DNA from: Acidimicrobiia bacterium
GTDB taxonomy: Bacteria > Actinomycetota > Acidimicrobiia > Spongiisociales > ZC4RG35
Length of the DNA: 64,000 nucleotides
Assembly: GCA_041751055.1 (NCBI GenBank)
Contig: JBGSYD010000015.1
Span: 122,018-186,017 of the forward strand
Direction: 5' to 3'
Shown one piece after another: positions 19,398 through 29,779 of the stretch; positions within the stretch are counted from its first letter, which is position 1; each line of letters starts with the position of its first letter. Under the pieces are notes generated by a model. That model made no database searches and was not told where the DNA came from. It was given only the letters and a program-made list of their open reading frames with translations. Position numbers and translations under genes: made by a program.

Positions 19398-21137
19398 TCA
19401 ACCCCCGGCGGGGATGATCGGCTCGGCGCTTGTGATGAGCTGCTCCTTGTACGAGAAATCGGGAAGGATGGTGTAAGCACCCTCCAGAATGGCCGCACCA
19501 ATTAGACCGTTGGCAAACAGGTTGCCATCCGGCTCGAAGGAGTTCATCGACAAAGGCTGCTGGTCAGCACCAAACGTGATCAGGTCTTTACCTGCCCACG
19601 CACCGATGTTCCAGAAAGGCCCGATCTGCGTCGCGTTGTCCTTTGGACCCGAAATTTCGGCATTCCAAGCGAAGAACGTTGGCTTCTGGTACAGCGGGAT
19701 AGACGGAACGTCCTCCAGGTAGAGGGCGTCAGCCTGGTTGTACAGAGCGGCACGGGCGGCCGGGTCGACCTCCGTGTCAGTTGCACGTACAAGCTGCTCC
19801 ACCTCATCGTTGCAGTAACGAGTCACGTTGATGTCACCGAAACCACTCGGGGCTCCACCTTCACAGTAGTAAATGGTGTTTCCGCCGGCGGGGTCAGGTG
19901 AACCGACCCATGCGAAGTTGAAGATCTGCCAGACAGTCGAGTCACCAAAGATGAACTCGTCCGCGAAGACTTCTGATGCGGGACCGAAGGCCGCATTGAC
20001 CTCGATACCAATTTCCGCAAGGTTGGCCTGAGCAAGAGCGAACTGCAGCTCTCGACCTTCGTTACCGGCCGTAGTGGCCCAGTCGAAGGACACGCGCTGT
20101 CCGTCACACTCATACACTCCGTCAGAACCCTTGGTGCACCCGTTGTCGGTGAGGTAAGCCTCCGCCGCTACAGGGTCATATGAGTACTGGGCGAAGTGAT
20201 CTTCGTAGTTGCTGCTCGTGTTGAGCCAGATCGTGTTACCAAGTGGGACCGCATCTGGCACAATCGGACGAATGATGGCCTCGACGATCGCGTCCCGGTC
20301 GATACCGGTGGCGATGGCCTGACGGACGAACTTCTGCGAGAGCAGTGGGTCGTCAATATTCAGGTCGACATGTTCCCATACGGGACCGAGACCGGATTCC
20401 CACTCAACACCTTCTATGGCGTCGACTTCTTCAAGCAGCGTCACTTGAGGCTGCGGATAGAAGGCGTCGATCTCCTGTCCACGAAGCGCCTGGACCTGCG
20501 TCTGGGAATCTTCGATAAACACGATGTTGATGTCCTGAACATCACCGAGAGGTGCGCCGGAGGCGCGTTCTTCCGATGCCCAGTAGTTGGCGTTCCGCTC
20601 GAGAACGATGCGCTCGTCTTTCACCCATTCCACCATCGTGAATGGGCCGGAACCCAGAGTGATGATGTCGTCCCAAACCTCATTGAAGGGCTGGCCCTCC
20701 AACGCGTGCTTGGGAAGGACTTGACTGAACAGGGTCTGCCATGGGGCATACAACTCAGTGAACTGGGCAATGAAAGTCTTGGGATCAACGACTTCATAAC
20801 CCGACATCTTGTTGTAACCCTCACGGGTACCGATGTCCAGCTGGTCATTCATGATGGTTTCGAACGTAAACGCAAAGTCATCTGCGGTTACGGGCGTTCC
20901 ATCGGCCCAGGCTGCATCAGGGTGAATGTTGTATTTCACACAGAATGCATCCGGGCAGTCACCTTCGACGGGCGGCGGTGCCGTCGTCGAAGTGGTTGGC
21001 GCTGCGGTGGTTGTCGTACCCCCCTCAGTCGTAGTCGTGTCTCCGGGGTCGCTGTCACCACAGGCGGCAGCTACCAGAGCGAATACGGCGAGGAGCGACA
21101 TCCATCGAATGGCGCGCTTGGTGCGCAGGGCTCGCAC
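19398..21137 (-). CDS. dppA: ABC transporter substrate-binding lipoprotein, family 5 (peptide/nickel)
   Basis: 579 aa; lipobox LVAAACG, Thr/Pro-rich linker, SBP_bac_5 fold-length body; first gene of the five-gene operon. Confidence 0.85.
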   Translation of the reverse strand: MRALRTKRAIRWMSLLAVFALVAAACGDSDPGDTTTTEGGTTTTAAPTTSTTAPPPVEGDCPDAFCVKYNIHPDAAWADGTPVTADDFAFTFETIMNDQLDIGTREGYNKMSGYEVVDPKTFIAQFTELYAPWQTLFSQVLPKHALEGQPFNEVWDDIITLGSGPFTMVEWVKDERIVLERNANYWASEERASGAPLGDVQDINIVFIEDSQTQVQALRGQEIDAFYPQPQVTLLEEVDAIEGVEWESGLGPVWEHVDLNIDDPLLSQKFVRQAIATGIDRDAIVEAIIRPIVPDAVPLGNTIWLNTSSNYEDHFAQYSYDPVAAEAYLTDNGCTKGSDGVYECDGQRVSFDWATTAGNEGRELQFALAQANLAEIGIEVNAAFGPASEVFADEFIFGDSTVWQIFNFAWVGSPDPAGGNTIYYCEGGAPSGFGDINVTRYCNDEVEQLVRATDTEVDPAARAALYNQADALYLEDVPSIPLYQKPTFFAWNAEISGPKDNATQIGPFWNIGAWAGKDLITFGADQQPLSMNSFEPDGNLFANGLIGAAILEGAYTILPDFSYKEQLITSAEPIIPAGG

Positions 21138-21238
21138 TATTTTCTTCCTCCCTTTTGGCTTACTTTGAAGGATCCGAGCAGGAAGCTCTTCACCTCAGAC
21201 CTTCGTCCGACGATATCGAAAAAGTCGGAGAAGGGCCG

Positions 21239-21255
21239 CCGGGAATATATCCCGG
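21239..21255. promoter_or_regulatory. perfect inverted repeat CCGGGA-ATATA-TCCCGG upstream of the ABC transporter operon
   Basis: 6-bp arms around an AT centre, about 100 nt upstream of the binding-protein gene start codon in the 176-nt intergenic region; candidate operator or small hairpin. Confidence 0.25.
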
Positions 21256-21313
21256 TATCCGACAAAGGTAAAGCAGTGCGACGGCAAAACCAAACGCTGT
21301 GGTCGGGATTACG

Positions 21314-22423
21314 TCAATCTAACGCGACATTTCGGCTGGATTGGGCAACAACCTCATGCTTTTGGATACTCGTCGAGATCACGGCCTGGATGATCGCAGC
21401 GACAGGTAATGCCAGGATAATTCCGATGCCGCCGAGCACCGCACCCCCGATGATTATGGCCGCCACCGAGATTGCCGGATGTAATGACATGGTGCGTTTG
21501 GTGATACGCGGAGAAATCACAAAATTCTCGAGCTGTTGGTAAGCCACGAAGAAAGCGATTACCCATAGGGCAGTACCCCCGTCGACGGTGAGCGCCACGA
21601 TTGCGGGCAACGTCGCGGCCAGGTACGTGCCCACCACCGGGATGAACTGGCTGAGCACCCCAACCCAAATTCCGAGCGGGACGCTGAACGGGACTTTGAA
21701 GGCAGTCAATAGCAGCGCCGTGATCGTGCCGCTTATGACGGCGAGAATCAGTCGCGAATAGATATAGCCACCCATCTTTTCAACGGCGGTGTCCCAAATC
21801 GACATGGCGTCTCTCTGATGTTCTTCCTTGAGGATGGAGAGGACCGACCGCTGCAGTTGTGGGAGCTCGGCGACCATGTAGAAGGCGAAGAGGGCGACGG
21901 TGATGGCGAAAAAGATCAACCCAAAGATGGTCGACCCCAGACCGACCACGCCGCCGAGCACGCTTCCGGCATTGTTGTTCAGCCAGTCCTGGATTGCGGT
22001 CGCTTGATTTTCGATTCCACCCTGGGTGAACTCGAGACCGAACCAGTCGTTGAGGAGGTTGGCGATCGTCTCGAAGTATTCGGGTATCGAGTCGATGAGA
22101 TCGGCGAGCTGACTCACGAGAAGAGGAATCAAGGCGATGGCAAATACGGCGACGAGTATGAACGCGACAAGAAACACCAGCCCGGTTGCAGCGCCGCGTG
22201 ACCAACCCTTCTTGGCCAGGGTATGGACCGGCGGTTCGATGGCGATGGCGACGAAAACCGCCACAAAAACCATGAACAACAGATTCCTGATCCGATAGGC
22301 GAACCACAACGCCGCCGCCACACTGAGCAGGACAATGACGATCGAGAGAATCTTTCGCTTCAGATCGCGATCGACACCCGGAATGAGGGTATCGATGTCG
22401 GGGGTCTCCGGTGGTTTCGCCAT
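21314..22423 (-). CDS. AI-2E family transporter (PerM/UPF0118)
   Basis: 369 aa; 8 TM helices with the central large loop typical of AI-2E family. Confidence 0.75.
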   Translation of the reverse strand: MAKPPETPDIDTLIPGVDRDLKRKILSIVIVLLSVAAALWFAYRIRNLLFMVFVAVFVAIAIEPPVHTLAKKGWSRGAATGLVFLVAFILVAVFAIALIPLLVSQLADLIDSIPEYFETIANLLNDWFGLEFTQGGIENQATAIQDWLNNNAGSVLGGVVGLGSTIFGLIFFAITVALFAFYMVAELPQLQRSVLSILKEEHQRDAMSIWDTAVEKMGGYIYSRLILAVISGTITALLLTAFKVPFSVPLGIWVGVLSQFIPVVGTYLAATLPAIVALTVDGGTALWVIAFFVAYQQLENFVISPRITKRTMSLHPAISVAAIIIGGAVLGGIGIILALPVAAIIQAVISTSIQKHEVVAQSSRNVALD

Positions 22424-22570
22424 TGGCGGGTCAGACTAGATACGACGACGACTCTCGTAAGAGCTTCTACGCTGGCAATCTTCCGAAATGCGAAAGGTCA
22501 TAGTTTGAGTTTCGACATCGTGTGGTCCCCGAGCGCTGAGCGTGCTGCTGCTACCAACACCGCTCGCTTC

Positions 22571-24427
22571 ATGGATCTTCACGATATTGGCGAATACCGG
22601 GCTCTTCTCACCCGATCGGCCCAAGATCCTGAGTGGTTTTGGGAAGCCGTCGTCGAATTCCTTGGTCTCGAATTCGATCCGCCCTACAAGTTCGTCCGGG
22701 ATACATCCCGAGGACATGCCTGGGCAACCTGGTTCGTCGGGGGCGGGTTCAACATTAGTCTCGCTTGTGTCGATCGATGGCAGGATGAGCCCGATCGAAT
22801 CGCAGTGCGCTCTGAGAAGGAGTCAGGCGAAATCCGGGAGCTGACGTTCGGCGAGCTACACGACCTGGTTGGCAAAACGGCGGGGGCGCTTCTCTCCTTG
22901 GGCGTGGAGCCTGGCGATGCCGTCGCCGTATATCTGCCCATGGGTGAGGAGGCGGTTGTCTCCCTGTTGGCCGTTGCCCGGATCGGCGCCATGTTCATCC
23001 CGGTGTTCTCGGGTTACGGGGCCGAAGCGGTCGCCACCAGGCTCGAGGATCCGAAGCCACGGGTTTTAATTTGTGCCAACGGATTTCAGCGACGCGGGCA
23101 ACTAATTCCCATGAAGGAAGTTGCTGACTCGGCCATCGAACAGACCGGCGGCATCGACCATGTCCTGATAGTGGACTACACGGAACGGGCCGCCACTCCA
23201 GCTTTGCCGGGCCGCGATGTCTGGTGGCATGATGTCGTGCCCAACGCTGCTCCAGCGGGACCGGTCCCGACTTACTCCGAGGACCCCGTCCTCCTCGCCT
23301 ATACATCCGGCACCACGGGCAGACCAAAAGGGGCCGTTCACGTCCAGGCCGGGCTAACCGTCAAGATCGCCGAAGAAGGAGCCTTCCAGCTAGACGTCCA
23401 AAGAGATGATGTGCTGATGTGGGCCACGGACATGGGATGGATCATGGGACCCTGGATGGTGATTGCCGGCCTTGCCAACGGCGCGGCCATCGCAACCTAT
23501 GACGGTGCCCCTAACTATCCCGGGCCGGATCGTATCTGGGCGGTCGTGGAGGATCTGGGCATCACGGTTCTCGGCCTCTCCCCCACCCTCGTCCGTGCGC
23601 TGCAGCCTCATGGCGTCGGTGAGGCGAGAAAACACGACCTTTCAAAACTCAAGACCTTCGGCTCGACAGGTGAGCCCTGGAATCCCGAGCCGTGGCGATG
23701 GCTCTTCGAGGAAGTGGGCGAAGGCACCAGGCCGATTGTCAACATTTCCGGAGGGACCGAGGTCGGAGCGTGCATTCTCTCCGCCAACCTCCTTCAGGGG
23801 ATCAAGCCCACTGCCCTCGGTGCCCCGTCTCTAGGAGTCGACGCCGATGTCTATGACCCGGAGGGCAGGCCGATCCGCGGCGATGTTGGTGAATTGGTGA
23901 TCAGGGGATCGTGGCCGGGGATGACACGAGGATTCTGGAAAGAGCCGGAGCGCTACATCGAGACCTATTGGTCTCGTTTCGCCGACACCTGGGTGCATGG
24001 TGATTGGGCGTCGGTCGACGAGGACGGCTTTTGGTATCTGCATGGCCGTTCCGACGACACCCTGAACATTGCCGGGAAACGTATCGGCCCGGCCGAGATC
24101 GAGTCCGTAGCCGTGGCCGATCCCTCCGTGGTGATGGCGGCAGCCATCGGCCTGCCTGACGAGGTCAAGGGCGAGAGCATCGGCCTGTACCTGGTTCCCG
24201 CACCAGGGGTGGAACCCGACGATGACCTCACAGCCACCATTTCCGAAACAGTCGCCAAGACGTTGGGCAAAGCGTTCCGGCCTTCACGAATCCGGTGGGT
24301 TTCAGATCTACCCAAGACCAGGTCGGCAAAGATCATGCGGCGGGTCGTCAAAGCCATCGCACTGGGACAGGACCCCGGCGACCTGACCGGCCTGGAGAAT
24401 CCAGAGAGTCTGAAAGGTCTGAGCTAG
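22571..24427 (+). CDS. AMP-forming acyl-CoA synthetase of the acetyl/propionyl/acetoacetyl-CoA synthetase family
   Basis: ATG at 22571 chosen because the longer track ORF (from 22223) runs antisense through the AI-2E gene; YTSGTTGRPKG AMP motif; C-terminal GRSDDTLNIAGKRIGPAEIES matches Acs family. Confidence 0.7.
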   Translation: MDLHDIGEYRALLTRSAQDPEWFWEAVVEFLGLEFDPPYKFVRDTSRGHAWATWFVGGGFNISLACVDRWQDEPDRIAVRSEKESGEIRELTFGELHDLVGKTAGALLSLGVEPGDAVAVYLPMGEEAVVSLLAVARIGAMFIPVFSGYGAEAVATRLEDPKPRVLICANGFQRRGQLIPMKEVADSAIEQTGGIDHVLIVDYTERAATPALPGRDVWWHDVVPNAAPAGPVPTYSEDPVLLAYTSGTTGRPKGAVHVQAGLTVKIAEEGAFQLDVQRDDVLMWATDMGWIMGPWMVIAGLANGAAIATYDGAPNYPGPDRIWAVVEDLGITVLGLSPTLVRALQPHGVGEARKHDLSKLKTFGSTGEPWNPEPWRWLFEEVGEGTRPIVNISGGTEVGACILSANLLQGIKPTALGAPSLGVDADVYDPEGRPIRGDVGELVIRGSWPGMTRGFWKEPERYIETYWSRFADTWVHGDWASVDEDGFWYLHGRSDDTLNIAGKRIGPAEIESVAVADPSVVMAAAIGLPDEVKGESIGLYLVPAPGVEPDDDLTATISETVAKTLGKAFRPSRIRWVSDLPKTRSAKIMRRVVKAIALGQDPGDLTGLENPESLKGLS

Positions 24428-24460
24428 GTTCGTCGCACACACAGTTGTGATCGGAGAGAC

Positions 24461-24829
24461 ATGGCGCCAATGCGCTATATCGTCAATGATGTTCCTGAGT
24501 CGATCGAGTTTTTCGTCGACCAGCTTGGATTCAAACTCGAACAGCAATTCGGGCCGGCAATGGCAATTCTCAAGGGCGACGACATCAAACTCTGGCTTGC
24601 CGGACCTCCGGCGTCCGCTTCACAACCCATGCCGGACGGAACTTCACCTTCGCCCGGGGGGTGGAATCGATTAGTGGTGATCGTCGACGATATCGAAGAA
24701 ATGGTCACCAGGCTCAAGGCAGCCGGCACCACTTTCCGGAACGAGTCATTCCAGGGACCAGGAGGCACACAAGTTCTTTGCGAAGACCCGTCTGGAAACC
24801 CGGTCGAACTGTTTCAACCCGTGGCCTGA
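24461..24829 (+). CDS. VOC-family (glyoxalase/bleomycin-resistance fold) protein
   Basis: 122 aa; two beta-alpha-beta-beta-beta modules, C-terminal DPSGNPVELFQ typical of VOC proteins. Confidence 0.65.
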   Translation: MAPMRYIVNDVPESIEFFVDQLGFKLEQQFGPAMAILKGDDIKLWLAGPPASASQPMPDGTSPSPGGWNRLVVIVDDIEEMVTRLKAAGTTFRNESFQGPGGTQVLCEDPSGNPVELFQPVA

Positions 24830-24855
24830 ACCAACCCGATGTAACGCTCGGGCAG

Positions 24856-25440
24856 CTAGACAGGGGGCTCGGGGTCGTACTGGATCGCCTTCTTGACATC
24901 CCGGGCGCGCTCCTCGGAGTGAAGTCGTTTAACCAGGTGTAGCGCCATGTCGATTCCTGCTGAGACTCCCGAAGCCGTGATCACCTCTCCTGAGTCGACG
25001 AAACGGTCGTCTGGCCTGACCTCGATTGTCGGGTCCAATTCCTGAAGCACCTCGAGCTGGGACCAGTACGTTGTGGCAGGTCGGTTCGCCAGCAGACCGG
25101 CATCGGCGAGCACCAGCGACCCGGTGCAGACTGACGTGATCAGCGTGCCTTCGTCTTTGAGTCGGTTCAGCCATGCTCCCACGGTGGAGTCGCCGAGGTA
25201 GCGGCGGGTGCCAAAGCCCCCAGGAAAGACAATCACGTCGGCTTGCCCCATCTCTGCCACTGGCCGATCGGTGACGATCTGCATCCCTTTGGCACAGGTG
25301 ACCGTCGGTCCGTCGAGGCTAGCGCTAAACACATCGACGCCATCATCAGGCCATTGCAACTGCCACATGCGAAGGACCTCCCACGGACCGACCATGTCGA
25401 GTTCTTCCATGCCATCGAAGCAAATCAGTGCGATCTTCAT
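24856..25440 (-). CDS. DJ-1/PfpI family protein (class I glutamine amidotransferase-like)
   Basis: 194 aa; nucleophile-elbow Cys in SVCTGSLVLA motif. Confidence 0.7.
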   Translation of the reverse strand: MKIALICFDGMEELDMVGPWEVLRMWQLQWPDDGVDVFSASLDGPTVTCAKGMQIVTDRPVAEMGQADVIVFPGGFGTRRYLGDSTVGAWLNRLKDEGTLITSVCTGSLVLADAGLLANRPATTYWSQLEVLQELDPTIEVRPDDRFVDSGEVITASGVSAGIDMALHLVKRLHSEERARDVKKAIQYDPEPPV

Positions 25441-26213
25441 CTCGGTGGCATTCTCGCTCCGGCGTCGAGCCGGATGACTTCGCCGTTGAGCATCGGGTTC
25501 TCGACGATCGACTGCACGAGATGGGCGAAGTCGGCTGGTGTCCCCAGACGCTGCGGAAACACCGAAAGTTGCGCGAGTGCATCCTTCAACTCCTGGGGCG
25601 CTTGGGCCAGCAGCGGTGTGTCCATGATTCCCGGGGCAACAGTGACAACACGGATTCCAGCACCGGCGAGGTCGCGGGCGACGGGCAACGTCATTCCTAC
25701 CACTCCGCCTTTCGACGCCGAATACGCCGCTTGACCGACCTGGCCCTCAAATGCAGCGATGGACGCAACATTGACGATGACTCCCCTCTCCCCATCTTGT
25801 CCCGGCTCATTGCCGGCCATTGCCCCGGCGACCGTTCGGATCATGTCGAACATCCCGATCAGGTTGATCGATATGACTTTCTTGAAGAGATCCAGATCGA
25901 AGAGTGTGCCGTCGCGACCCAGCATTCGCTGAGCGGGTGCTATCCCGGCGGCATTCACCAACACATCGACGTGACCGAAGGCGGCCACGGCGCCCGCAAC
26001 TGCGGCCTTGACATCGCCGGCTACGGACACGTCACAGTGGAGGTATCGCGAATTCGCCCCAAGCTGTGTGACGGCCCGCGACCCGGCGTCGTCATTGATG
26101 TCCGCCAGGACCACGGAGCCACCCGCGCCCACGATCCTCATCGCTGCCCCCAGACCGAGGCCGGAAGCACCCCCGGTCACCAATGCGATTGACCCTTCCA
26201 GTTTCATTGCCAC
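25437..26213 (-). CDS. short-chain dehydrogenase/reductase (3-hydroxyacyl-CoA dehydrogenase type-2-like)
   Basis: 258 aa; VTGGASGLG Rossmann motif, YSASK catalytic motif. Confidence 0.75.
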   Translation of the reverse strand: MAMKLEGSIALVTGGASGLGLGAAMRIVGAGGSVVLADINDDAGSRAVTQLGANSRYLHCDVSVAGDVKAAVAGAVAAFGHVDVLVNAAGIAPAQRMLGRDGTLFDLDLFKKVISINLIGMFDMIRTVAGAMAGNEPGQDGERGVIVNVASIAAFEGQVGQAAYSASKGGVVGMTLPVARDLAGAGIRVVTVAPGIMDTPLLAQAPQELKDALAQLSVFPQRLGTPADFAHLVQSIVENPMLNGEVIRLDAGARMPPR

Positions 26214-26267
26214 CTCTCACAAGACAGGTGGCGACGGTACCAGTGGTAGCCATCCCATCCTGCTGAT

Positions 26268-27074
26268 ATGGGGTCAATGATCGGTGTCTTCGACTCGGGT
26301 ATCGGTGGTCTGAGCGTGCTCCGGGACATGATCCCGTATTTTGAAGACGACCAGATCGTATATGTCGCCGACCGCGCCAATGCCCCGTACGGGACCCGGT
26401 CGCTCCAGGATGTCCAGGACTTGAGCCATCACATCGCGAGTCGGCTGATCGGGCTGGGCGCGTCCACGGTCGTTGTGGCCTGTAACACTGCCTCCGCCGG
26501 CGCCCTGACGAGCCTAAGGACCGATTTTCCCTCGATCTCATTCGTGGGGATGGAACCTGCAGTCAAACCTGCGGCAGCCGCGACCAAAACAGGAATTATC
26601 GGCGTGCTCGCCACCGAAGTCACGTTCCAGGGAGAGCTTTTCGCCAGCCTCGTCGATCAGTACGCAGGCGATCTCGAGATTCTGATGAGAGTCGCTCCAG
26701 AGTGGGTTCAGATGGTGGAAAGAGGTGTCGTCGACAGCACGGAAACAGAGCTCCTGGTGTTGAAACACGTCGAACCGTTGATCGAAGGGGGCGCCGACAC
26801 GCTGGTCCTGGGGTGCACGCATTTCCCGTTCCTTGCTGCTTCGATTCAACGGATCGCTGGCGAAGACGTCACGATCATCGACCCGGCGCACGCGGTTGCG
26901 CGCCAGGCTGACCGGATCCACGACCAACGATCCGGTTCAAAAGGTCTGCAGGCCCTCGTCAGCGGTGACATGGCGGAATTTCAAATACTGAGTCGGGACC
27001 TGGCCGGCATAACATTCTCCGGAGGAGTCCTACCCTTGGATGGGATGAGTCTTTCCACCGCTAAAACCCGATGA
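26268..27074 (+). CDS. murI: glutamate racemase
   Basis: 268 aa; VFDSGIGGLSV and VVACNTAS, GCTHFP catalytic Cys motifs. Confidence 0.85.
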   Translation: MGSMIGVFDSGIGGLSVLRDMIPYFEDDQIVYVADRANAPYGTRSLQDVQDLSHHIASRLIGLGASTVVVACNTASAGALTSLRTDFPSISFVGMEPAVKPAAAATKTGIIGVLATEVTFQGELFASLVDQYAGDLEILMRVAPEWVQMVERGVVDSTETELLVLKHVEPLIEGGADTLVLGCTHFPFLAASIQRIAGEDVTIIDPAHAVARQADRIHDQRSGSKGLQALVSGDMAEFQILSRDLAGITFSGGVLPLDGMSLSTAKTR

Positions 27075-28108
27075 ACCCGATTACCGCGCTCTGGAGTCGA
27101 CCCGGCCTCCGGCTGGCAGGAATCGGAAATCATCAAACCCACGATCCGGGCGTGGGTCCGGATCGCTATGACCGCGCACTCGAGCTCCTTGCCGTGTCAA
27201 AGTGCAAGATGGCCTTTGCCTCATTCACCTTCGATATAGACGAGGCGGGTTCGGTAGTCGTGATTCCGGAAGGTATCGACACAGAAGGTCTGGTCGATCC
27301 CGATTCGGAGCTCCCGATCCCGGAAGGTGTGCTCCTCGACGACTCCCGTGAGACCTGGCGGAACACGGTGGAGAAGGCACTCGGGGCAATTGACGCCGGC
27401 GACATTCAAAAGGTCGTCCTCTCGCGCCGGATCCGGGCAGAGATGAGCCGGCCCGTCGACCCCTATGCCGTCGCCAGGAGACTCGAGAAACATCAGACTC
27501 GCAGCCATGTCTTCCTCGTCGAAGGGCTCGTCGGCGCCAGCCCGGAGCTTCTTCTGAGATTTGACCGCGGTCACGTCACTTCGATACCGCTAGCGGGGTC
27601 GGCGGATGGCGCCGGTCACCGGCTCGATACCCCAAAGGTCGCGGTGGAGCACAAGCTGGCGGCCGACTCTGTTGGCGAGGCCCTCGATCGGGCCGGTGTC
27701 ACATTCAGCCGGGGCCGACCCGAGATAATCGACTTTGAAGACTTGCGTCACCTTGCTACGAAGTTCTCCGGGACCGCACCCGGCGGAACCACCTTTTCCG
27801 AGGTCCTTCGTGAACTGCATCCGACCGCAGCGGTCGCCGGGACACCACGCGATCGCGCAATGGACTCGATCCGTGACCTCGAAGCGAGTCCCAGAGGTCG
27901 CTATTCCGGGCCGGTCGGCTGGTTCGACAATTCGGGCAATGGTGAGTTTGCCATCGCGCTCAGATGCGGAACGTTCGAGGGGCACACCGTGGAAATGAGG
28001 GCGGGCGCCGGGATCGTGGCCGGATCCGACCCCGATGCCGAGCTCGAGGAGACGAACTGGAAATTCGCACCGATGCTCGAGGCGCTGGATCTGTCAATCC
28101 AGGTCTGA
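27071..28108 (+). CDS. menF: isochorismate synthase (menaquinone-specific)
   Basis: 345 aa; chorismate-binding C domain GRYSGPVGW...ALRCG...AGAGIVAGSDPDAELEET; 4-nt overlap with murI. Confidence 0.75.
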   Translation: MNPITALWSRPGLRLAGIGNHQTHDPGVGPDRYDRALELLAVSKCKMAFASFTFDIDEAGSVVVIPEGIDTEGLVDPDSELPIPEGVLLDDSRETWRNTVEKALGAIDAGDIQKVVLSRRIRAEMSRPVDPYAVARRLEKHQTRSHVFLVEGLVGASPELLLRFDRGHVTSIPLAGSADGAGHRLDTPKVAVEHKLAADSVGEALDRAGVTFSRGRPEIIDFEDLRHLATKFSGTAPGGTTFSEVLRELHPTAAVAGTPRDRAMDSIRDLEASPRGRYSGPVGWFDNSGNGEFAIALRCGTFEGHTVEMRAGAGIVAGSDPDAELEETNWKFAPMLEALDLSIQV

Positions 28109-29779
28109 CAGGACACGACGAGCCACGTCATCGAGTCCGGCCCGGATCGCGATATCGTCCTCCCGCGAGACCGGGACGTGCACCAACGACGGTGCCCCGA
28201 CAGTCATCGCCGATTCGATCGCCCCTTTTAGCCCTTCGAGCGACCGTACCCGTTCGTAGTGAAGATCGTAGAAGGCCGCCAGGTCACCGAGGTCGCGATC
28301 GTGCGGTGTCACAAACAGCCTCTCGAACTCCGGAGCATGAACAGACTGCGGGAGGAGGTCGAACAATCCGCCACCATTGTTGTCGACCACCACAAAGACG
28401 ACGGGGTGAAGAACGTCCGACAAAAACCCATTTGCGTCGTGGAGGAACGAGAGGTCCCCAACCATCGCCACCGTGCCGATGTCGCCACGTGCCACACCAA
28501 GGGCGGTTGAGACAAAGCCGTCGATCCCCGATAGCCCGCGGTTCGCTCGGACCGGTCCAGGGCGGCGCAGAAACGCGTCCACATCACGCACCGGGAGAGA
28601 AGAGCCCACTACCAGCGAATCCCATGCGACATCATTGAGTGAATGTGCCACACCGGGCCCGGTTGGGACGTGCGACTCCAGAATCGGCCCCATTGCGGCA
28701 CCCATTGCGTCTTGATATGACTGCCAGGTGGCGACAAGCGATCCGTCGGAAATGCCGTTCCATTGCCTCAAAGCCTCAACCGGGTCGGCTCGCATGCCCT
28801 GAGACATGGTCCCGCTGGGATCGCTGTGCCGTCCCCACCGGTCAATATGGACGACCGGGACCCCGACCTCCTCCGCCAACGCATGGAGGCGGCTACTCGG
28901 GCCTGATTGACCCACAACCACGACCCCTGTGGGTTGCAGAGGCTCAGGGACCCCGGCAACCAATATGTGGTGATAGAGGTAGAAGCCTTGCGATTCCCTG
29001 CCCATCGACAACGCGGTCGCCAGGAGCGGAATTTCTCTGACCGCTGCGACCGCCTTCAAGCCAGCGACGTCGTAGCTGCCGCGGCCGGCGATGACGACAG
29101 GTCGAGTCCCCAGGTCTGTCGCCCAGGACGGATCAGGTGGTTCCGCAACCCAAGGAGCGACCCAGGGTTCGCCCCCACCACTGCCATCTGTGGCGTGGTC
29201 GTATTTTGCGCTACTGACTCGACCGTCCCCACTCACCGGAACAGTCGGTTCGCGAAATGCGACATTGAGGTGAACCGGCCCCGGGAGGTCATGCTCTCCG
29301 AGCGCCGAACCGACTGCCGCCGAAACTGAACGACGCCACAAACTGTTGGCGTCCGACCCATCGGGAGCTTCAAGAGCCACCGTCGCACGCACGAACTCGC
29401 CGAAAATCCCCGGTTGGACCATGGTCTGGTTGGCGCGTCGCGCCACCAAGTCGGCGGGACGGTCGGCGGTCATCATGATCAAAGGGACCGCCGAGGCGTC
29501 GGCTTCAACAACCGCCGGCATCAGGTTGGCCACGGCGCTGCCTGAGGTTGTTACGACCAGCGATGGTGATCCGGTCACCAGAGACCTCCCGAGCGCTCTG
29601 AATGCTGCCGATCTCTCATCGAGATGGACCACGAGCTCGATTTCGCCGTGTTCAACCAGGGCTATCACCAATGCAGACGAGCGCGAGCCCGGCGCCATCA
29701 CTGCAAAGCGAACGCCGTGGCGGGTGAGCTCGTCGACGATGACTCTTGCCATAGCCGTGCTCGGATTCGGGTGGCTCAT
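28094..29779 (-). CDS. menD: 2-succinyl-5-enolpyruvyl-6-hydroxy-3-cyclohexene-1-carboxylate synthase (ThDP enzyme)
   Basis: TPP-enzyme N, M and C domains. Start placed at the ATG (29779-29777) forming an ATGA overlap with the menC stop, rather than the longer ORF start at 29848. Confidence 0.8.
   Translation of the reverse strand: MSHPNPSTAMARVIVDELTRHGVRFAVMAPGSRSSALVIALVEHGEIELVVHLDERSAAFRALGRSLVTGSPSLVVTTSGSAVANLMPAVVEADASAVPLIMMTADRPADLVARRANQTMVQPGIFGEFVRATVALEAPDGSDANSLWRRSVSAAVGSALGEHDLPGPVHLNVAFREPTVPVSGDGRVSSAKYDHATDGSGGGEPWVAPWVAEPPDPSWATDLGTRPVVIAGRGSYDVAGLKAVAAVREIPLLATALSMGRESQGFYLYHHILVAGVPEPLQPTGVVVVGQSGPSSRLHALAEEVGVPVVHIDRWGRHSDPSGTMSQGMRADPVEALRQWNGISDGSLVATWQSYQDAMGAAMGPILESHVPTGPGVAHSLNDVAWDSLVVGSSLPVRDVDAFLRRPGPVRANRGLSGIDGFVSTALGVARGDIGTVAMVGDLSFLHDANGFLSDVLHPVVFVVVDNNGGGLFDLLPQSVHAPEFERLFVTPHDRDLGDLAAFYDLHYERVRSLEGLKGAIESAMTVGAPSLVHVPVSREDDIAIRAGLDDVARRVLSDLD

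Noticed and set aside
20196-21542. 448-aa plus-strand ORF spanning the binding-protein gene antisense strand and the intergenic region
   Set aside because: Crosses an intergenic region and a real gene on the other strand; no domain signature
22223-22570. 5' extension of the acyl-CoA synthetase ORF (track start 22223)
   Set aside because: The extension is antisense to the AI-2E transporter gene and Arg/Asp-rich with no homology; ATG at 22571 begins the conserved Acs N-terminus
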